DNA of 64,000 nucleotides from NCBI GenBank assembly GCA_964479955.1, contig CAYZNK010000001.1, positions 13,073 through 77,072 of the forward strand, given 5' to 3'. Below, piece by piece: positions 8,153 through 18,223 of the stretch. Position 1 is the stretch's first letter. Each line of letters begins with the position of its first letter. The DNA is from an uncultured Candidatus Saccharibacteria bacterium (GTDB taxonomy: Bacteria; Patescibacteriota; Minisyncoccia; Minisyncoccales; Staskawiczbacteraceae). Both the position numbers and the translations under genes were made by a program. The notes below the pieces were generated by a model that saw nothing but the letters and a program-made list of their open reading frames with translations, was not told the DNA's origin and did not search any database.

Positions 8153-8719
8153 TTATTTAAATAGAAAATGATTATTTAACTCAAATATATTTGAAGACTT
8201 TAAAAAATGAAAAAGAAAATAAGAAGCTATAAGAGAAAAAAATAAAGAGAATACAACTGCTATCCTTAATACGCCTGTATAAAGTCCATTTTTTCTATTA
8301 TCTATTTCTGACTTCCAAATGCTTAAAGTTTTTAATATTAAATAACCAATTATTATCGATTCTAAATTTATTGCAAAGAAAAAAGTGTAAAGTATCATTT
8401 CTAATATTCCAGCCAAACTTCTGATAATGCACTCTTGAAAATTTTCAATTACAAGTCCTCTATATTTTTCTGAAACCTTGTCTATATGAGGATCTTCGTC
8501 TGTTAAAACTGTATGTAACACTTGAGTAAATATCGCTATGAATAGATTTCCAAAAAAAACGACACTTATTGTCCATATTAAATTTATATTATAATTCTTA
8601 TTAAATATATAAATAATATTTAATATTACTAAAATCAAAAAAGCAATTAAAAAATATAACTTGGCGATTAACCTAATAGAGTTTCTCAATTTTGTGGAAT
8701 TATATATTTCTTTTAACAT
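8153..8719 (-). CDS. multi-pass membrane protein, unknown function
   Basis: 188 aa with 4-5 hydrophobic segments. Its stop is 3 nt from the start of the downstream NDT-like gene, so the two are a likely operon. Confidence 0.5.
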   Translation of the reverse strand: MLKEIYNSTKLRNSIRLIAKLYFLIAFLILVILNIIYIFNKNYNINLIWTISVVFFGNLFIAIFTQVLHTVLTDEDPHIDKVSEKYRGLVIENFQECIIRSLAGILEMILYTFFFAINLESIIIGYLILKTLSIWKSEIDNRKNGLYTGVLRIAVVFSLFFSLIASYFLFHFLKSSNIFELNNHFLFK

Positions 8720-8769
8720 ATAAAACTAATCGCCCCGTCCCGATTTTCATCAAGAACGGGGCGGTTTGA

Positions 8770-10767
8770 TTAAACTAGGAATGCAACTATTAGCAGTGCG
8801 ACAATATTGAGAACTTTTATCATCGGGTTTATTGCAGGGCCCGCCGTGTCTTTATAAGGGTCTCCAACAGTGTCTCCTGTTACTGCCGCCTTATGGGCTT
8901 CACCTCCTTTACCTCCGTGATTTCCTGCCTCAATATATTTTTTTGCATTGTCCCAGGCAGCTCCGCCGGTTGTCATTGAAATTCCAACAAACAATCCTGT
9001 TACAATTGAACCAATAAGCAATCCTCCCAAAGCCTCAACTCCCAAAGTAATCCCAACAATTATTGGGGCTACAACAGGTATTAAAGCTGGCAAAAGCATT
9101 TCACCAATAGCTGCCTTTGTTACAATGTCAACGCATTTTCCGTATTCTGGTTTTGAAGTTCCTTCCATTAAACCAGGAATCTGGTTAAACTGCCTTCTTA
9201 CTTCTTCAACAACTTTTCCTGCTGTTTTTCCAACAGCTCCCATTAAGAATGATGCAAACAAATAGGGAAGCAGACCACCAATTAAAAGTCCGGCAACAAC
9301 TTTTGGGTCTGACAAAACAAAGCTTGTAATCCCGCCAACGCTAACTTCCTCTGAATAAGCAGAAAACAAAACTAATGCCGCAAGGCCTGCAGAAGCAATG
9401 GCGTATCCTTTTGTTACTGCTTTTGTTGTATTTCCAACTGCATCCAACGCGTCTGTTGTTTCTCTGATTTCTTTTGGCATATCTGACATTTCTGCAATTC
9501 CGCCAGCATTATCTGTTATTGGTCCGTATGCATCAATTCCAACAACAATTCCAGAAACAGACAGCATTGCTGTGACGGCCAAAGCAACTCCGTAAATTCC
9601 TGCCAACTGATAACTGATAATTGTTCCAATTGCAATTAATAAAACGGGATATGCTGTTGACTGCATGCCAAGTCCCAAACCCCTGATTATGTTTGTTGCG
9701 TGGCCTGTTTCAGATGCCTTTGCAATTGACTTTACGGGGCTGTATTTTTTTGAAGTGTAATATTCTGTGATAACAAACATTCCAATTGATATTGCCAATC
9801 CAACCAAGCAGGAAAGATACAGGTTATTTACCGAAATTGCCTGATTTACCATTAATTTTGAAATAACAGGATAAAAAGCAATTGCTGACAAAATTACAGA
9901 GGCCGCAACTCCTTTATACATAGAGCCCATTATGCCGGCTTTTTGCGGTGATTTTTCTTTCCCAAGCCTTACAAAAAAACTTCCAACAATTGAAGTTAAG
10001 ATTGAAACAGAACCCAAAATCAAGGGAAGCAAAACAAACTGCGAAGATGCAGGGTAAAGCAATGCCCCCAAAATCATTGTGGCAACTATTGTAACTGAAT
10101 ATGTTTCAAAAATATCAGCAGCCATTCCTGCGCAGTCTCCTACATTGTCGCCAACTTGGTCTGCAATAACTGCCGGGTTTCTTGGGTCGTCTTCTGGAAT
10201 TCCTTTTTCAACTTTTCCAACAAGGTCGGCTCCAACATCAGCCGCCTTTGTATAAATTCCTCCGCCAACTCTTGCAAAAACAGAAATAAGTGATGCTCCA
10301 AATCCCAAGCCAACCAATCCGTTTATATCCTCTGTAAAAAGATAATATCCTGCAACAGATAACAATCCCAAACTCACAACCATCAATCCTGTTATCAATC
10401 CTCCTTTAAAAGACAAATCCAAGGCAGGCTGCAATCCTTTTTTTGCAGCTTCGGCAACCCTTGTGTTTGTCTGAGTTGAAACCAACATACCCACAAATCC
10501 CGAAACCCCCGAGAGCACGGCCCCAATCAAAAATCCAATTGCTATTGGCATACCCATAAACAAAAGTAAAATAAACAAAACAACAGCAACAATACTGATT
10601 GTTTTATACTGCCTTTTTAAATAAGACATTGCCCCTTCCTGAACAGCTTGTGTTATGGCAATGGCTTTTCCATCGGCTACCGGCGCCTTTTTTATCTGCA
10701 TTACCAAGTACCACACAAAGGCAATGGCAAACAGAGACACTATAATCGGAAAATATATTAAACTCAT
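8770..10767 (-). CDS. hppA: membrane-bound ion-translocating pyrophosphatase
   Basis: 665 aa with signature segments [46 protein letters not shown] and [19 protein letters not shown]. Confidence 0.93.
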   Translation of the reverse strand: MSLIYFPIIVSLFAIAFVWYLVMQIKKAPVADGKAIAITQAVQEGAMSYLKRQYKTISIVAVVLFILLLFMGMPIAIGFLIGAVLSGVSGFVGMLVSTQTNTRVAEAAKKGLQPALDLSFKGGLITGLMVVSLGLLSVAGYYLFTEDINGLVGLGFGASLISVFARVGGGIYTKAADVGADLVGKVEKGIPEDDPRNPAVIADQVGDNVGDCAGMAADIFETYSVTIVATMILGALLYPASSQFVLLPLILGSVSILTSIVGSFFVRLGKEKSPQKAGIMGSMYKGVAASVILSAIAFYPVISKLMVNQAISVNNLYLSCLVGLAISIGMFVITEYYTSKKYSPVKSIAKASETGHATNIIRGLGLGMQSTAYPVLLIAIGTIISYQLAGIYGVALAVTAMLSVSGIVVGIDAYGPITDNAGGIAEMSDMPKEIRETTDALDAVGNTTKAVTKGYAIASAGLAALVLFSAYSEEVSVGGITSFVLSDPKVVAGLLIGGLLPYLFASFLMGAVGKTAGKVVEEVRRQFNQIPGLMEGTSKPEYGKCVDIVTKAAIGEMLLPALIPVVAPIIVGITLGVEALGGLLIGSIVTGLFVGISMTTGGAAWDNAKKYIEAGNHGGKGGEAHKAAVTGDTVGDPYKDTAGPAINPMIKVLNIVALLIVAFLV

Positions 10768-10828
10768 ATTTTTTGCTGCTGCGTTATTTTTTCCGCAACA
10801 ACAGATTGCTTATTTAAATTTTATTATC

Positions 10829-11014
10829 TTAAACTTTATCAAGGTCTTTTATCATTTTTTCCGCATAGGATTTTTTTGAAGGGTCAAATATGGCAACAAT
10901 TTCGCAGGCATCGGAGAAAGCAACATTAAGGTCAATTCTCAAAAGAAGACATTTTCCATCAACATCTAATAAATGATGGCTATATTTATTATTTTTCTTT
11001 GTTGGCTCTTGCAT
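10829..11014 (-). CDS. small hypothetical protein downstream of nusA
   Basis: 61-aa ORF only. It occupies the position where ylxR-like genes often sit, but the sequence does not look like YlxR. Confidence 0.3.
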   Translation of the reverse strand: MQEPTKKNNKYSHHLLDVDGKCLLLRIDLNVAFSDACEIVAIFDPSKKSYAEKMIKDLDKV

Positions 11015-11038
11015 AAAATTTTATTTTTAATAATAATT

Positions 11039-12229
11039 TTATTCTTCAGATGACTCTTCTTTTGATTCCTCAATCGGTTCTTCTCCTCCAGATGGTTCTT
11101 TTGTTTTAATGTCTATTTTCCAGCCAGTCAAGTTTGCGGCCAGCCTTACATTCCTGCCGTCTTTTCCAATAGCCAGGCTAAGTTGGTCTTCAGGCACAAA
11201 AACAGTTGCCGTATTTTTTTCTTCTATTTTAACTTCCGTGATTTTTGCCGGAGCCAAAGAATTTGCAATATATTTTTCAGGATTGCTGTCCCATGGAATC
11301 ACATCAATTTTTTCTCCTCCCAACTCGTTGATAACTGCCATAATCCTTGTACCTCTCTGCCCAACGCAAGCGCCTATTGGGTCAACGCCTTTTTCTTCTG
11401 AGGCAACTGCAATTTTTGTCCTGAATCCGGATTCCCTTGCAATTGATTTTATAACAACTGTGCCAGCCGATATTTCGGGCGTTTCAAGCTCAAAAAGTTT
11501 TGAAACTAATTTTGGATATGCTCTTGAAACAACCACAACAGAGCCCTTTGGGGTGTCTTCAACTTTTAATATATAAAATTTAAGCCTTTGGCCTGGCTTG
11601 TAAAATTCTCCGGGAATTTGCTCTTCTCTGTTTAAAACTGCCAATGTTTTCCCAATATCAACAAAAACAGTGTGGCCTTCAATCCTTTGCACAACTCCTG
11701 AAATTATTTCCCCTTCCTTTGACTTGTATTCTGAAGAAATCGTTTCTTTTTCAGCTTCCCTAATTTTCTGTAAAATAACCTGCTTTGCGGTTTGGGCCGC
11801 GATTCTTCCGTAGTTTTGCTTTGGAGTCAAGGAAATTTCAATCTCTTCGCCAGCTTTTATTTTAGGATAATCTTTTTTGGCGTCAGTCAGCATTATATGT
11901 TTTTCTTCATTAAAAACAAATTTTTTGGGCAAATCTCCCTCTGTTGTTTCTTCTGGCTGAAATACTGCTGCCTGAGGGTTTTCTTTTAACTGTTCAATCT
12001 CTTCTTCTGTATAAAGCATTGAGGGCTCAACAACCATTTTTACTTGCCAAAACTTTACATCTCCTGAAACAGGATTAAATTTTGCCTTAATTTTTTGCCC
12101 TCTTTTTCCATAATCTTTTTTATAGGCAGTTGCAATGGCGGCCTCAATTGTCTCAATTATTTTTTCAGACGAAATTCCCCTTTCTTTGGCAATTTGGTCC
12201 AGCGCTCCTTTGAATAATTTTATATCCAT
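11039..12229 (-). CDS. nusA: transcription termination/antitermination factor NusA
   Basis: 396 aa. N-terminal domain (ALDQIAKERGISSEKIIETIEAAIATAYKK), S1 and two KH domains (GACVGQRGTRI, AIGKDGRNVRLAANLTGWKIDI). Confidence 0.92.
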   Translation of the reverse strand: MDIKLFKGALDQIAKERGISSEKIIETIEAAIATAYKKDYGKRGQKIKAKFNPVSGDVKFWQVKMVVEPSMLYTEEEIEQLKENPQAAVFQPEETTEGDLPKKFVFNEEKHIMLTDAKKDYPKIKAGEEIEISLTPKQNYGRIAAQTAKQVILQKIREAEKETISSEYKSKEGEIISGVVQRIEGHTVFVDIGKTLAVLNREEQIPGEFYKPGQRLKFYILKVEDTPKGSVVVVSRAYPKLVSKLFELETPEISAGTVVIKSIARESGFRTKIAVASEEKGVDPIGACVGQRGTRIMAVINELGGEKIDVIPWDSNPEKYIANSLAPAKITEVKIEEKNTATVFVPEDQLSLAIGKDGRNVRLAANLTGWKIDIKTKEPSGGEEPIEESKEESSEE

Positions 12230-12339
12230 AAATTTGTGAATTACTAATTACTGATTTATAAAAAATAAAGTCCGTGGTCAAACGGACAGAAACTCTTTTC
12301 TTTGTCTCTTATTTTATATTACTCCAAAAAACACCGATG

Positions 12340-12747
12340 TCAAGATTCGCTTACAATGTTTTCAAAAAAGGTTATTTCCGGATTGTCTTTAATTAAAATT
12401 GCTATTATATCAATCTGATAGGAAGTATTCTCAGAAATTTTATTTTCTAAAAGCCAAAGCTCTGCCAATTTTTTATATTTTTGCTGCTTTGCAAAACCAG
12501 CCCTTTGTTCAGGAAAAAAATTATTGTTTCCCGCCAAAGACGTTTTAACTTCAATAAAGTCAATCGGCTTTTTTGCAAAAAGCCCTTTCTTTTTTGCAAT
12601 AATGTCAATTTCTCCACAGAAATATTTACAGTTTTTACCCAATATTCTATACCCTTTGTTAACAAGATATTCACAAGCCAATTTTTCCCCTAATTTTCCC
12701 AGTTCTTTTGCATCCATAAAAATTGTGCGGATGTTGGACACCCGCAC
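12340..12747 (-). CDS. yraN: YraN family (UPF0102) endonuclease-like protein
   Basis: GEKLACEYLVNKGYRILGKNCKYFCGEIDIIAKK...FIEVKT pattern. The true start may be the internal Met at 12717. Confidence 0.75.
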   Translation of the reverse strand: MRVSNIRTIFMDAKELGKLGEKLACEYLVNKGYRILGKNCKYFCGEIDIIAKKKGLFAKKPIDFIEVKTSLAGNNNFFPEQRAGFAKQQKYKKLAELWLLENKISENTSYQIDIIAILIKDNPEITFFENIVSES

Positions 12748-12758
12748 AAAATTAATGT

Positions 12759-13706
12759 TTATTGTATTTTATTTGATGGCGGATACAAATCCTTATCAAT
12801 TTTTCTGTCAAAGCAAACCTTGCCGGATAAATGATTCCAATTTTGCGTAGCTATACCGTAATAATACACGCTTTGCGCCTTATCCATTTTATTTTCCCTG
12901 TCAAAATTGGCGCATAGTCGGAAAGATAATTCTTCTGAGTCGGTTATTATGTATTCGTAATCTAAATTTGTCACAGGGTCTGTTGGCACAAAAAAACCGG
13001 ATATTTCATCGTTTAAATTAGAAAGATTTTCAGGCAATCTTTTCTTTGCCTGCCAGTAGTTTACAATCTGGTATTGTATGCTCTGCAGGTCATTAACCCT
13101 TTGCTGGTCCAATTGCATCAACCTTGCTGTTGTAGGGGAACCTATGATAAAAAAGGCAAAAATTATTGCAGACGCAACTAATATACCCGAGACCCAGGCA
13201 AAATATCTTGCCAGAGGAGTTGGAACAGGCCTTCTTACATCATCCAGATAATATCCAAAAATAACTAATGCCACCAAAAATACCGATAATGATTTTAATA
13301 TAAACTTAATTGCTATTTCACCTCCCAAAAGAGCATTGATAACCGTTACCAGGTCTCCAATTATAACCAAAGATGCAACAAACAAAGTAAAATATATCAG
13401 CCATTTTCTTATCTTTGATTCCCTGACATTAACCTCTTTTTTGTAAATTTTGTTTAAATACCATGAAACAAAAATATAGATAGGAAAAACAATTATCAAA
13501 GAAGAAACTGAAAATCTTATAATATTTGAAAAAGAATTATATAAAAAATAATCCGTGGCATTTTGAAAAAAATAATTTATTATCTGCCACAAAATAGCTG
13601 TAAAGCTTATTGATGACCAATAAAGTGCAACTACTGCCAGAAGATGCAAAAAAACATCCCTTGGCAAATTTCCCTTTAGCGCTTGTGTTTGAAAATTTTG
13701 CTCCAT
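12759..13706 (-). CDS. membrane protein: DUF5671-like multi-TM N-domain fused to a pseudopilin-like C-domain
   Basis: 315 aa. The N-terminal half is DUF5671-like (LPRDVFLHLLAVVALYW...). The C-terminal half (QQRVNDLQSIQYQIVNYWQAKKRLPENLSNL...PTDPVTNLDYEY...LCANF) resembles the globular part of type II/IV pilin-like proteins. Confidence 0.5.
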   Translation of the reverse strand: MEQNFQTQALKGNLPRDVFLHLLAVVALYWSSISFTAILWQIINYFFQNATDYFLYNSFSNIIRFSVSSLIIVFPIYIFVSWYLNKIYKKEVNVRESKIRKWLIYFTLFVASLVIIGDLVTVINALLGGEIAIKFILKSLSVFLVALVIFGYYLDDVRRPVPTPLARYFAWVSGILVASAIIFAFFIIGSPTTARLMQLDQQRVNDLQSIQYQIVNYWQAKKRLPENLSNLNDEISGFFVPTDPVTNLDYEYIITDSEELSFRLCANFDRENKMDKAQSVYYYGIATQNWNHLSGKVCFDRKIDKDLYPPSNKIQ

Positions 13707-13711
13707 ATTTT

Positions 13712-14173
13712 TTATTCTCCGCCTCCGCCGATAAGGGCGGATGGCGAATTATTTTTTATTTTTAAATATTCTTTTATAGGTTCTGTTGTGGTTTGGGTTA
13801 TTTTTTCTGGAAGATCACTAAATTTAAACCATTTAATTTCTTCGTGCTTTTCCGGCTCTAAATTTTGGGGCTGACCCTTAATTATTTTTGCTAAATAATT
13901 AAAAGCTATCCAATGCTGGGACTCATCTTTTATTATTTGATTTGTAAATCCCAAAAATTTAGTAAGTTCAATATCTATGCCTAATTCTTCTTTTACTTCT
14001 CTTCTAACGGCATCTTCAACCTTTTCCCCAAATTCAACTCCCCCTCCCGGTTTTGACCAAAATCCAGCCTGATTTCTAGATTTGTCAGTCCTTTTAAGCA
14101 AAAGTGTCTCATTGTTTTCATTAATAATTAAAGCCCCGCATCCAATACCTATATAATCAATTCCTTGTCTCAT
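13712..14173 (-). CDS. NUDIX hydrolase
   Basis: Nudix box GGGVEFGEKVEDAVRREVKEELGI. Confidence 0.88.
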   Translation of the reverse strand: MRQGIDYIGIGCGALIINENNETLLLKRTDKSRNQAGFWSKPGGGVEFGEKVEDAVRREVKEELGIDIELTKFLGFTNQIIKDESQHWIAFNYLAKIIKGQPQNLEPEKHEEIKWFKFSDLPEKITQTTTEPIKEYLKIKNNSPSALIGGGGE

Positions 14174-14228
14174 AATATATTTGCTTTGTTTTCATTATAA
14201 CACAATAACACAAAAAACATATCATAAT

Positions 14229-14254
14229 TTGCTACTGAGCAAATTCAGTAGCAA
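14229..14254. repeat. 26-nt palindromic element, copy A (10-bp stem, 6-nt loop)
   Basis: ttgctactga-gcaaat-tcagtagcaa. Its reverse complement matches 16247-16272 with one mismatch. Confidence 0.8.
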
Positions 14255-14262
14255 GTCGCTTA

Positions 14263-16164
14263 TTAAAAATTAACCATCTTAGCAGATGCGGATTCCTGTA
14301 TTTCTCCTTCTGAGCCGTCAAAATCTTCCTCGTCTAATGCGCCGCATTCTTCATTTAAAAAACCGCCTGCCTGCATTTTCCAAAGATTTCTGTACAAGCT
14401 GTTCCTTTTTTTGAGCAACTCAGCATGCCCGCCTTGTTCAACTATTTTTCCCTTGTCCACAACAACAATCCTGTCCATTTTCTGAATCGTTGAAAGTCTA
14501 TGGGCAATAACTATTGTTGTGCAATTCTTCATTAAGTTGTTTAGTGCATCCTGTATCAAAGCCTCAGAGCCAGAGTCTAAGCTTGATGTTGCTTCATCTA
14601 AAATTAAAATTGGAGCTGATTTTAAAATCGCTCTTGCAATAGCAACCCTTTGCCTTTCTCCGCCAGACAACTTTACCCCTCTTTCGCCAACATATGTTTC
14701 AAGACCCTGAGGCATATTTTTTATAAACTCGTCGCAGTGCGCAAGTTGGGCGGCATTTTCAATTTCTTGTTTTGAGGCGTCTTTTTTTCCATAAGCAATA
14801 TTTTCAGCCAAAGTTCTGTGAAACAATATAGGGTCTTGCGGAACCATTGAAATATTTTTTCTCAAGCTTTCTTGTGTGCAAGCAACAATATCCTGCCCGT
14901 CAATTAAAATTTTTCCAGAAGAAGCAGAATACAACCTTAAAAGCAATCTTACAAAAGTTGTTTTACCTGCTCCCGAAGGTCCAACCAGGGCAATTTTTTC
15001 TCCGGGTTTTATTTCCAAATCAACATTTTCCAAAACTTTTCTTGTCTGGTTAAAACTAAAACTCAAATTTTCAAACTTTATTTCAGCCCCATTGCTTGAA
15101 GATTTTACAGCCAGCTCTTTTGCCTGCGGAATATCTTTTATTTCGTGGCTCAAAAGCAAAATTTCAACCATTTCCTTTGAGTCGGCATAACTTTGGTAAA
15201 CATCCCTTACAAGCCTTGTAAATCCCCATAACTGGCTGATTATGTTTATAACATAAGCCTGCAACAAAACAAAAACTCCCACAGTAATTATTCCTTGCTC
15301 CCAGTATTTTATTGCGAAGTAAAACAAAATAAATTCAATGCCAAAGCTTAAAAGGGCCTGCACGCCCTCAATAACAGAGTCCAAAGACCATGCAAAAGTG
15401 AGCGCCTTTGCTTGCTGTCCGGTAACTTTTTTATAGCCCTTTGATTCAAAATCAAAACCGTTAAAAAGCTGGACTGTATTCTGGTTTCCTATTGTGTCGG
15501 CCAGATATCCTGTTGCTTTTGAATCAATTTCCGCCACCTTTATGTCATATTTTAACTTCCACTTTGAAAACAAAACGTTAAAAGATAAAAATACAACAGT
15601 CCAGATTAAAATAACAAAAGCAATCCATTTATTAATAAATAAAACCACCAAAAATATTGAAACAATTCTTACTGCCAGCGGCAAAAGGTTCCAGGCTAAG
15701 TCGTCTGTCATCCTTTCAAATGCCCTTGCAAATCTGTTAACCTTTTGCACTAGAGAGCCAGCAAAACTGTTTGCAAAAAAAGAATATGAGTGTTGCATTA
15801 AATAGTCATAAGACTGCTGTTTTAACCTTGCCATAACTCCCGGCTCAAAAATAACATTTAAAATGGTTGCAACCCTGTAAAGCAGCCAAAATAATCCGTT
15901 TAAACCGGCAATATAAAAAATTATCAAAAATAATTGTCCTGCAATTTCAGAGGGATTTTTACCCCCGGAAATAATGTCAAAAAACTGCTTATAAAAAAGA
16001 GGGGTGATTACAGAAACAATGTTGGCTGCAACAATGGAAAGCAACAAAAGAAATAGCTGCCATTTTTGTGGCCTTATTCCACGCCAAAAAGCAAGCCAAA
16101 CATCTTTGAGCCTTACATCCCCTGAAATCTTTTTTCTTTTTCTCAATCTTATAAAAGTTTTCAT
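14263..16164 (-). CDS. ABC transporter, fused permease/ATP-binding protein (MsbA/multidrug exporter type)
   Basis: 633 aa with 6 TM segments, then Walker A GPSGAGKTT, signature LSGGERQRVAIARA and Walker B ILILDEATS. Confidence 0.9.
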   Translation of the reverse strand: MKTFIRLRKRKKISGDVRLKDVWLAFWRGIRPQKWQLFLLLLSIVAANIVSVITPLFYKQFFDIISGGKNPSEIAGQLFLIIFYIAGLNGLFWLLYRVATILNVIFEPGVMARLKQQSYDYLMQHSYSFFANSFAGSLVQKVNRFARAFERMTDDLAWNLLPLAVRIVSIFLVVLFINKWIAFVILIWTVVFLSFNVLFSKWKLKYDIKVAEIDSKATGYLADTIGNQNTVQLFNGFDFESKGYKKVTGQQAKALTFAWSLDSVIEGVQALLSFGIEFILFYFAIKYWEQGIITVGVFVLLQAYVINIISQLWGFTRLVRDVYQSYADSKEMVEILLLSHEIKDIPQAKELAVKSSSNGAEIKFENLSFSFNQTRKVLENVDLEIKPGEKIALVGPSGAGKTTFVRLLLRLYSASSGKILIDGQDIVACTQESLRKNISMVPQDPILFHRTLAENIAYGKKDASKQEIENAAQLAHCDEFIKNMPQGLETYVGERGVKLSGGERQRVAIARAILKSAPILILDEATSSLDSGSEALIQDALNNLMKNCTTIVIAHRLSTIQKMDRIVVVDKGKIVEQGGHAELLKKRNSLYRNLWKMQAGGFLNEECGALDEEDFDGSEGEIQESASAKMVNF

Positions 16165-16172
16165 GTTTTTTG

Positions 16173-16243
16173 TGGACCCACCGGGAGTCGAACCCGGACT
16201 TCACCCATGCGAAGGGTGCGTAATGCCATTTTACTATGGGCCC
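16173..16243 (-). tRNA. tRNA-Ala (anticodon CGC)
   Basis: Acceptor stem with the Ala identity pair G3:U70 (gggccca/tgggtcc), anticodon stem caccc/gggtg with loop ttCGCat, T-arm CCGGGTTCGACTCCCGG. No encoded CCA. Confidence 0.8.
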
Positions 16244-16246
16244 TTT

Positions 16247-16272
16247 TTGTTACTGAATTTGCTCAGTAGCAA
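16247..16272. repeat. 26-nt palindromic element, copy B (inverted relative to copy A)
   Basis: ttgttactga-atttgc-tcagtagcaa. Same stem as copy A (one C-to-T change giving a G.U pair), and the loop is the reverse complement of copy A's loop. Confidence 0.8.
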
Positions 16273-16299
16273 GTTCAGTAATTAATTCAGTAATTCAAT

Positions 16300-16446
16300 T
16301 CATAAAACCATAAACAAAGCTCTTATTGTTATAAATCCGGCCCCAAACGCTGTTTTCCATGTCAGTTTTTCTGCCAAAAACAAAGCTGCAAAAATTACAA
16401 CAAATACAACGCTTTTACAAGAGCGCCGACTAAATTTTGGTGTTCG
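16300..16446 (-). pseudogene. remnant of an EamA/DMT-family transporter C-terminus
   Basis: Minus-strand frame reads ...KSVVFVVIFAALFLAEKLTWKTAFGAGFITIRALFMVL*, a typical last TM and C-terminus of EamA transporters. Only ~49 codons remain, with no proper start and an upstream stop. Confidence 0.4.
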
Positions 16447-16476
16447 TTACTTGTTGCCATAAAATTATTATTTAAT

Positions 16477-16547
16477 TCGGGAGTAGAAGAATCGAACTTC
16501 TGCCCTACGGTCCCGAACCGTAGATTCTACCACTAAACCAACTCCCG
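16477..16547 (-). tRNA. tRNA-Pro (anticodon CGG)
   Basis: Acceptor cgggagt/actcccg, anticodon stem tacgg/ccgta with loop ttCGGga, T-arm GAAGTTCGATTCTTC. Confidence 0.8.
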
Positions 16548-16596
16548 ATGTTTTTAAAAATTGTTTATTAAAAATTAATTTAAAATTAAAAATTGG

Positions 16597-18051
16597 CTAT
16601 GTTACCCAGTATTTTTGTTTTGTCATATCGTCCCGCTTTGTTTCAACTTTTAACTTTTCTTGTTTTGATTTTTCAGACAATTGTTTTAATTCTTTGTCTG
16701 ATAATTTTCCTAATTTTTCAGCCTCTGGCTTTAAAAAACTTTCTTTATTATTTTTTGGGTCATCTAAAACATATCCCAAAAGTATATCCAAAATCTGTCC
16801 GATTTTAGGACCTGGCTTTATATCCAAAATTTTCATCAAATCGTTTCCGTTGATTTTTAACATTTTAGCTGATATCGGGTCCTGGGCAACTTTATCAATC
16901 AGATATTTTAAATGCCTTAACTTATAAGGTTCTGCCTTTGGAACTCCAGACCCAATCCTGTCAGCCTGCCTTACCTGCAAAAGCTCCTCAATGTTTTCTT
17001 GCCCCGCATTTTTTACAAGCCTTCTTACCGATGACTCTCCAACCTCGTCAACATTATAATAGAAAAGGTGGTATCTTACCAGCTTTACTATCTTCTCAAT
17101 GTCTTTTTTGGGAAGCTTTAACCTGTTTAGTGCTTGAAACGCTATTTTTGCTCCTACAATTTCGTGATTATAAAAAGTTGCATTTTCTCCCTCTCCGCTT
17201 TTTACTTTTGGTTTAGCAATGTCGTGCAATAAAGAAGCCAGCCTTACATATATATTGAAATTTTTCTTTGCGGAAAACTCCAGGGCTTTTAAGGCATGCC
17301 AATAACAGTCATATATATGATGCTTATTTTGAGGAACTCCGTAATTTTCCAAAAGCTCGGGCAAAACATATTTTAACAAATTTAACTGGCGCAAAAGTTC
17401 AATCCCCTCAACTGGCTTTTTGGACATGATTATTTTTAAAAATTCGTCCCGAATTCTTTCCTGGGAAATCGCTTCCAGCCAGATACTGTTTTTTTCAATG
17501 GCTTTTGCTGTTTTTTCTTCTATTTTCCAATTTCCCTCCAAAGAAGAAACAAACCTCACTGCCCTCAACATTCTTAAAGCATCTTCTGAAAATCTTTCTT
17601 CCGGATTTCCCACGGTTTTTATTATTTGGTTTTTCAAATCTTCCCGTCCGTCAAACAAATCAACAATTTTTTTATCCAAATCCATTGCAAGGGCGTTTAT
17701 GGTAAAATCTCTACGGGACAAATCCTGTTCAATGGTTTTAGCAAATTTAACTTCGTCTGGATGTCTTTTGTCGGAATATTTTGCATCAGACCTGTAAGTT
17801 GTAATTTCTATTTCGTTTAAATTTGTTTTTTTGCTTTTAGTTCTAACTGTAACTGTCAAAAATTTATTTTCATAAAAACTGTCGGGAAATATTTTTTGGA
17901 TTTCTTCTGGTTTGGCATTGGTTGCAATGTCCCAATCGTTTGCCTCCTTTCCTAATAAAAAATCACGCACGCATCCGCCTACAATGTAGGCCTCAAAGCC
18001 CGCTTTATTTAACTCTGAAATAATATTTTTTACTTCCTTTGGTATTGTCAT
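16597..18051 (-). CDS. cca: CCA-adding enzyme (tRNA nucleotidyltransferase, PolyA-pol family with HD domain)
   Basis: GFEAYIVGGCVRDFLLGKEANDWDIATNAKPEEI head domain and LLHDIAKP HD motif. I moved the start to the Met at 18051, because the track's N-terminal extension is antisense to tRNA-Arg. Confidence 0.88.
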   Translation of the reverse strand: MTIPKEVKNIISELNKAGFEAYIVGGCVRDFLLGKEANDWDIATNAKPEEIQKIFPDSFYENKFLTVTVRTKSKKTNLNEIEITTYRSDAKYSDKRHPDEVKFAKTIEQDLSRRDFTINALAMDLDKKIVDLFDGREDLKNQIIKTVGNPEERFSEDALRMLRAVRFVSSLEGNWKIEEKTAKAIEKNSIWLEAISQERIRDEFLKIIMSKKPVEGIELLRQLNLLKYVLPELLENYGVPQNKHHIYDCYWHALKALEFSAKKNFNIYVRLASLLHDIAKPKVKSGEGENATFYNHEIVGAKIAFQALNRLKLPKKDIEKIVKLVRYHLFYYNVDEVGESSVRRLVKNAGQENIEELLQVRQADRIGSGVPKAEPYKLRHLKYLIDKVAQDPISAKMLKINGNDLMKILDIKPGPKIGQILDILLGYVLDDPKNNKESFLKPEAEKLGKLSDKELKQLSEKSKQEKLKVETKRDDMTKQKYWVT

Positions 18052-18081
18052 GCTTTTTGCCTGCACTGAGTGTGCGAAGTG

Positions 18082-18153
18082 TGCCCTCGGCAAGATTCGA
18101 ACTTGCAACGGCTGGTTCGAAGCCAGTAATGATATCCATTTCACCACGAGGGC
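18082..18153 (-). tRNA. tRNA-Arg (anticodon UCG)
   Basis: Acceptor gccctcg/cgagggc, anticodon loop ctTCGaa (27:43 mismatch), T-arm GCAAGTTCGAATCTTGC, short variable loop. Confidence 0.7.
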
Positions 18154-18223
18154 AATTTATAAATTTTATCACAAATTGCATTAAAATCAACTTTGTGATA
18201 TAATTTAAAAACAAACTTTACTT

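Noticed and set aside
18052-18147. N-terminal 32-codon extension of the CCA-adding enzyme ORF
   Set aside because: The extension is the antisense translation of tRNA-Arg(UCG) at 18082-18153. The conserved enzyme begins at the internal Met at 18051.
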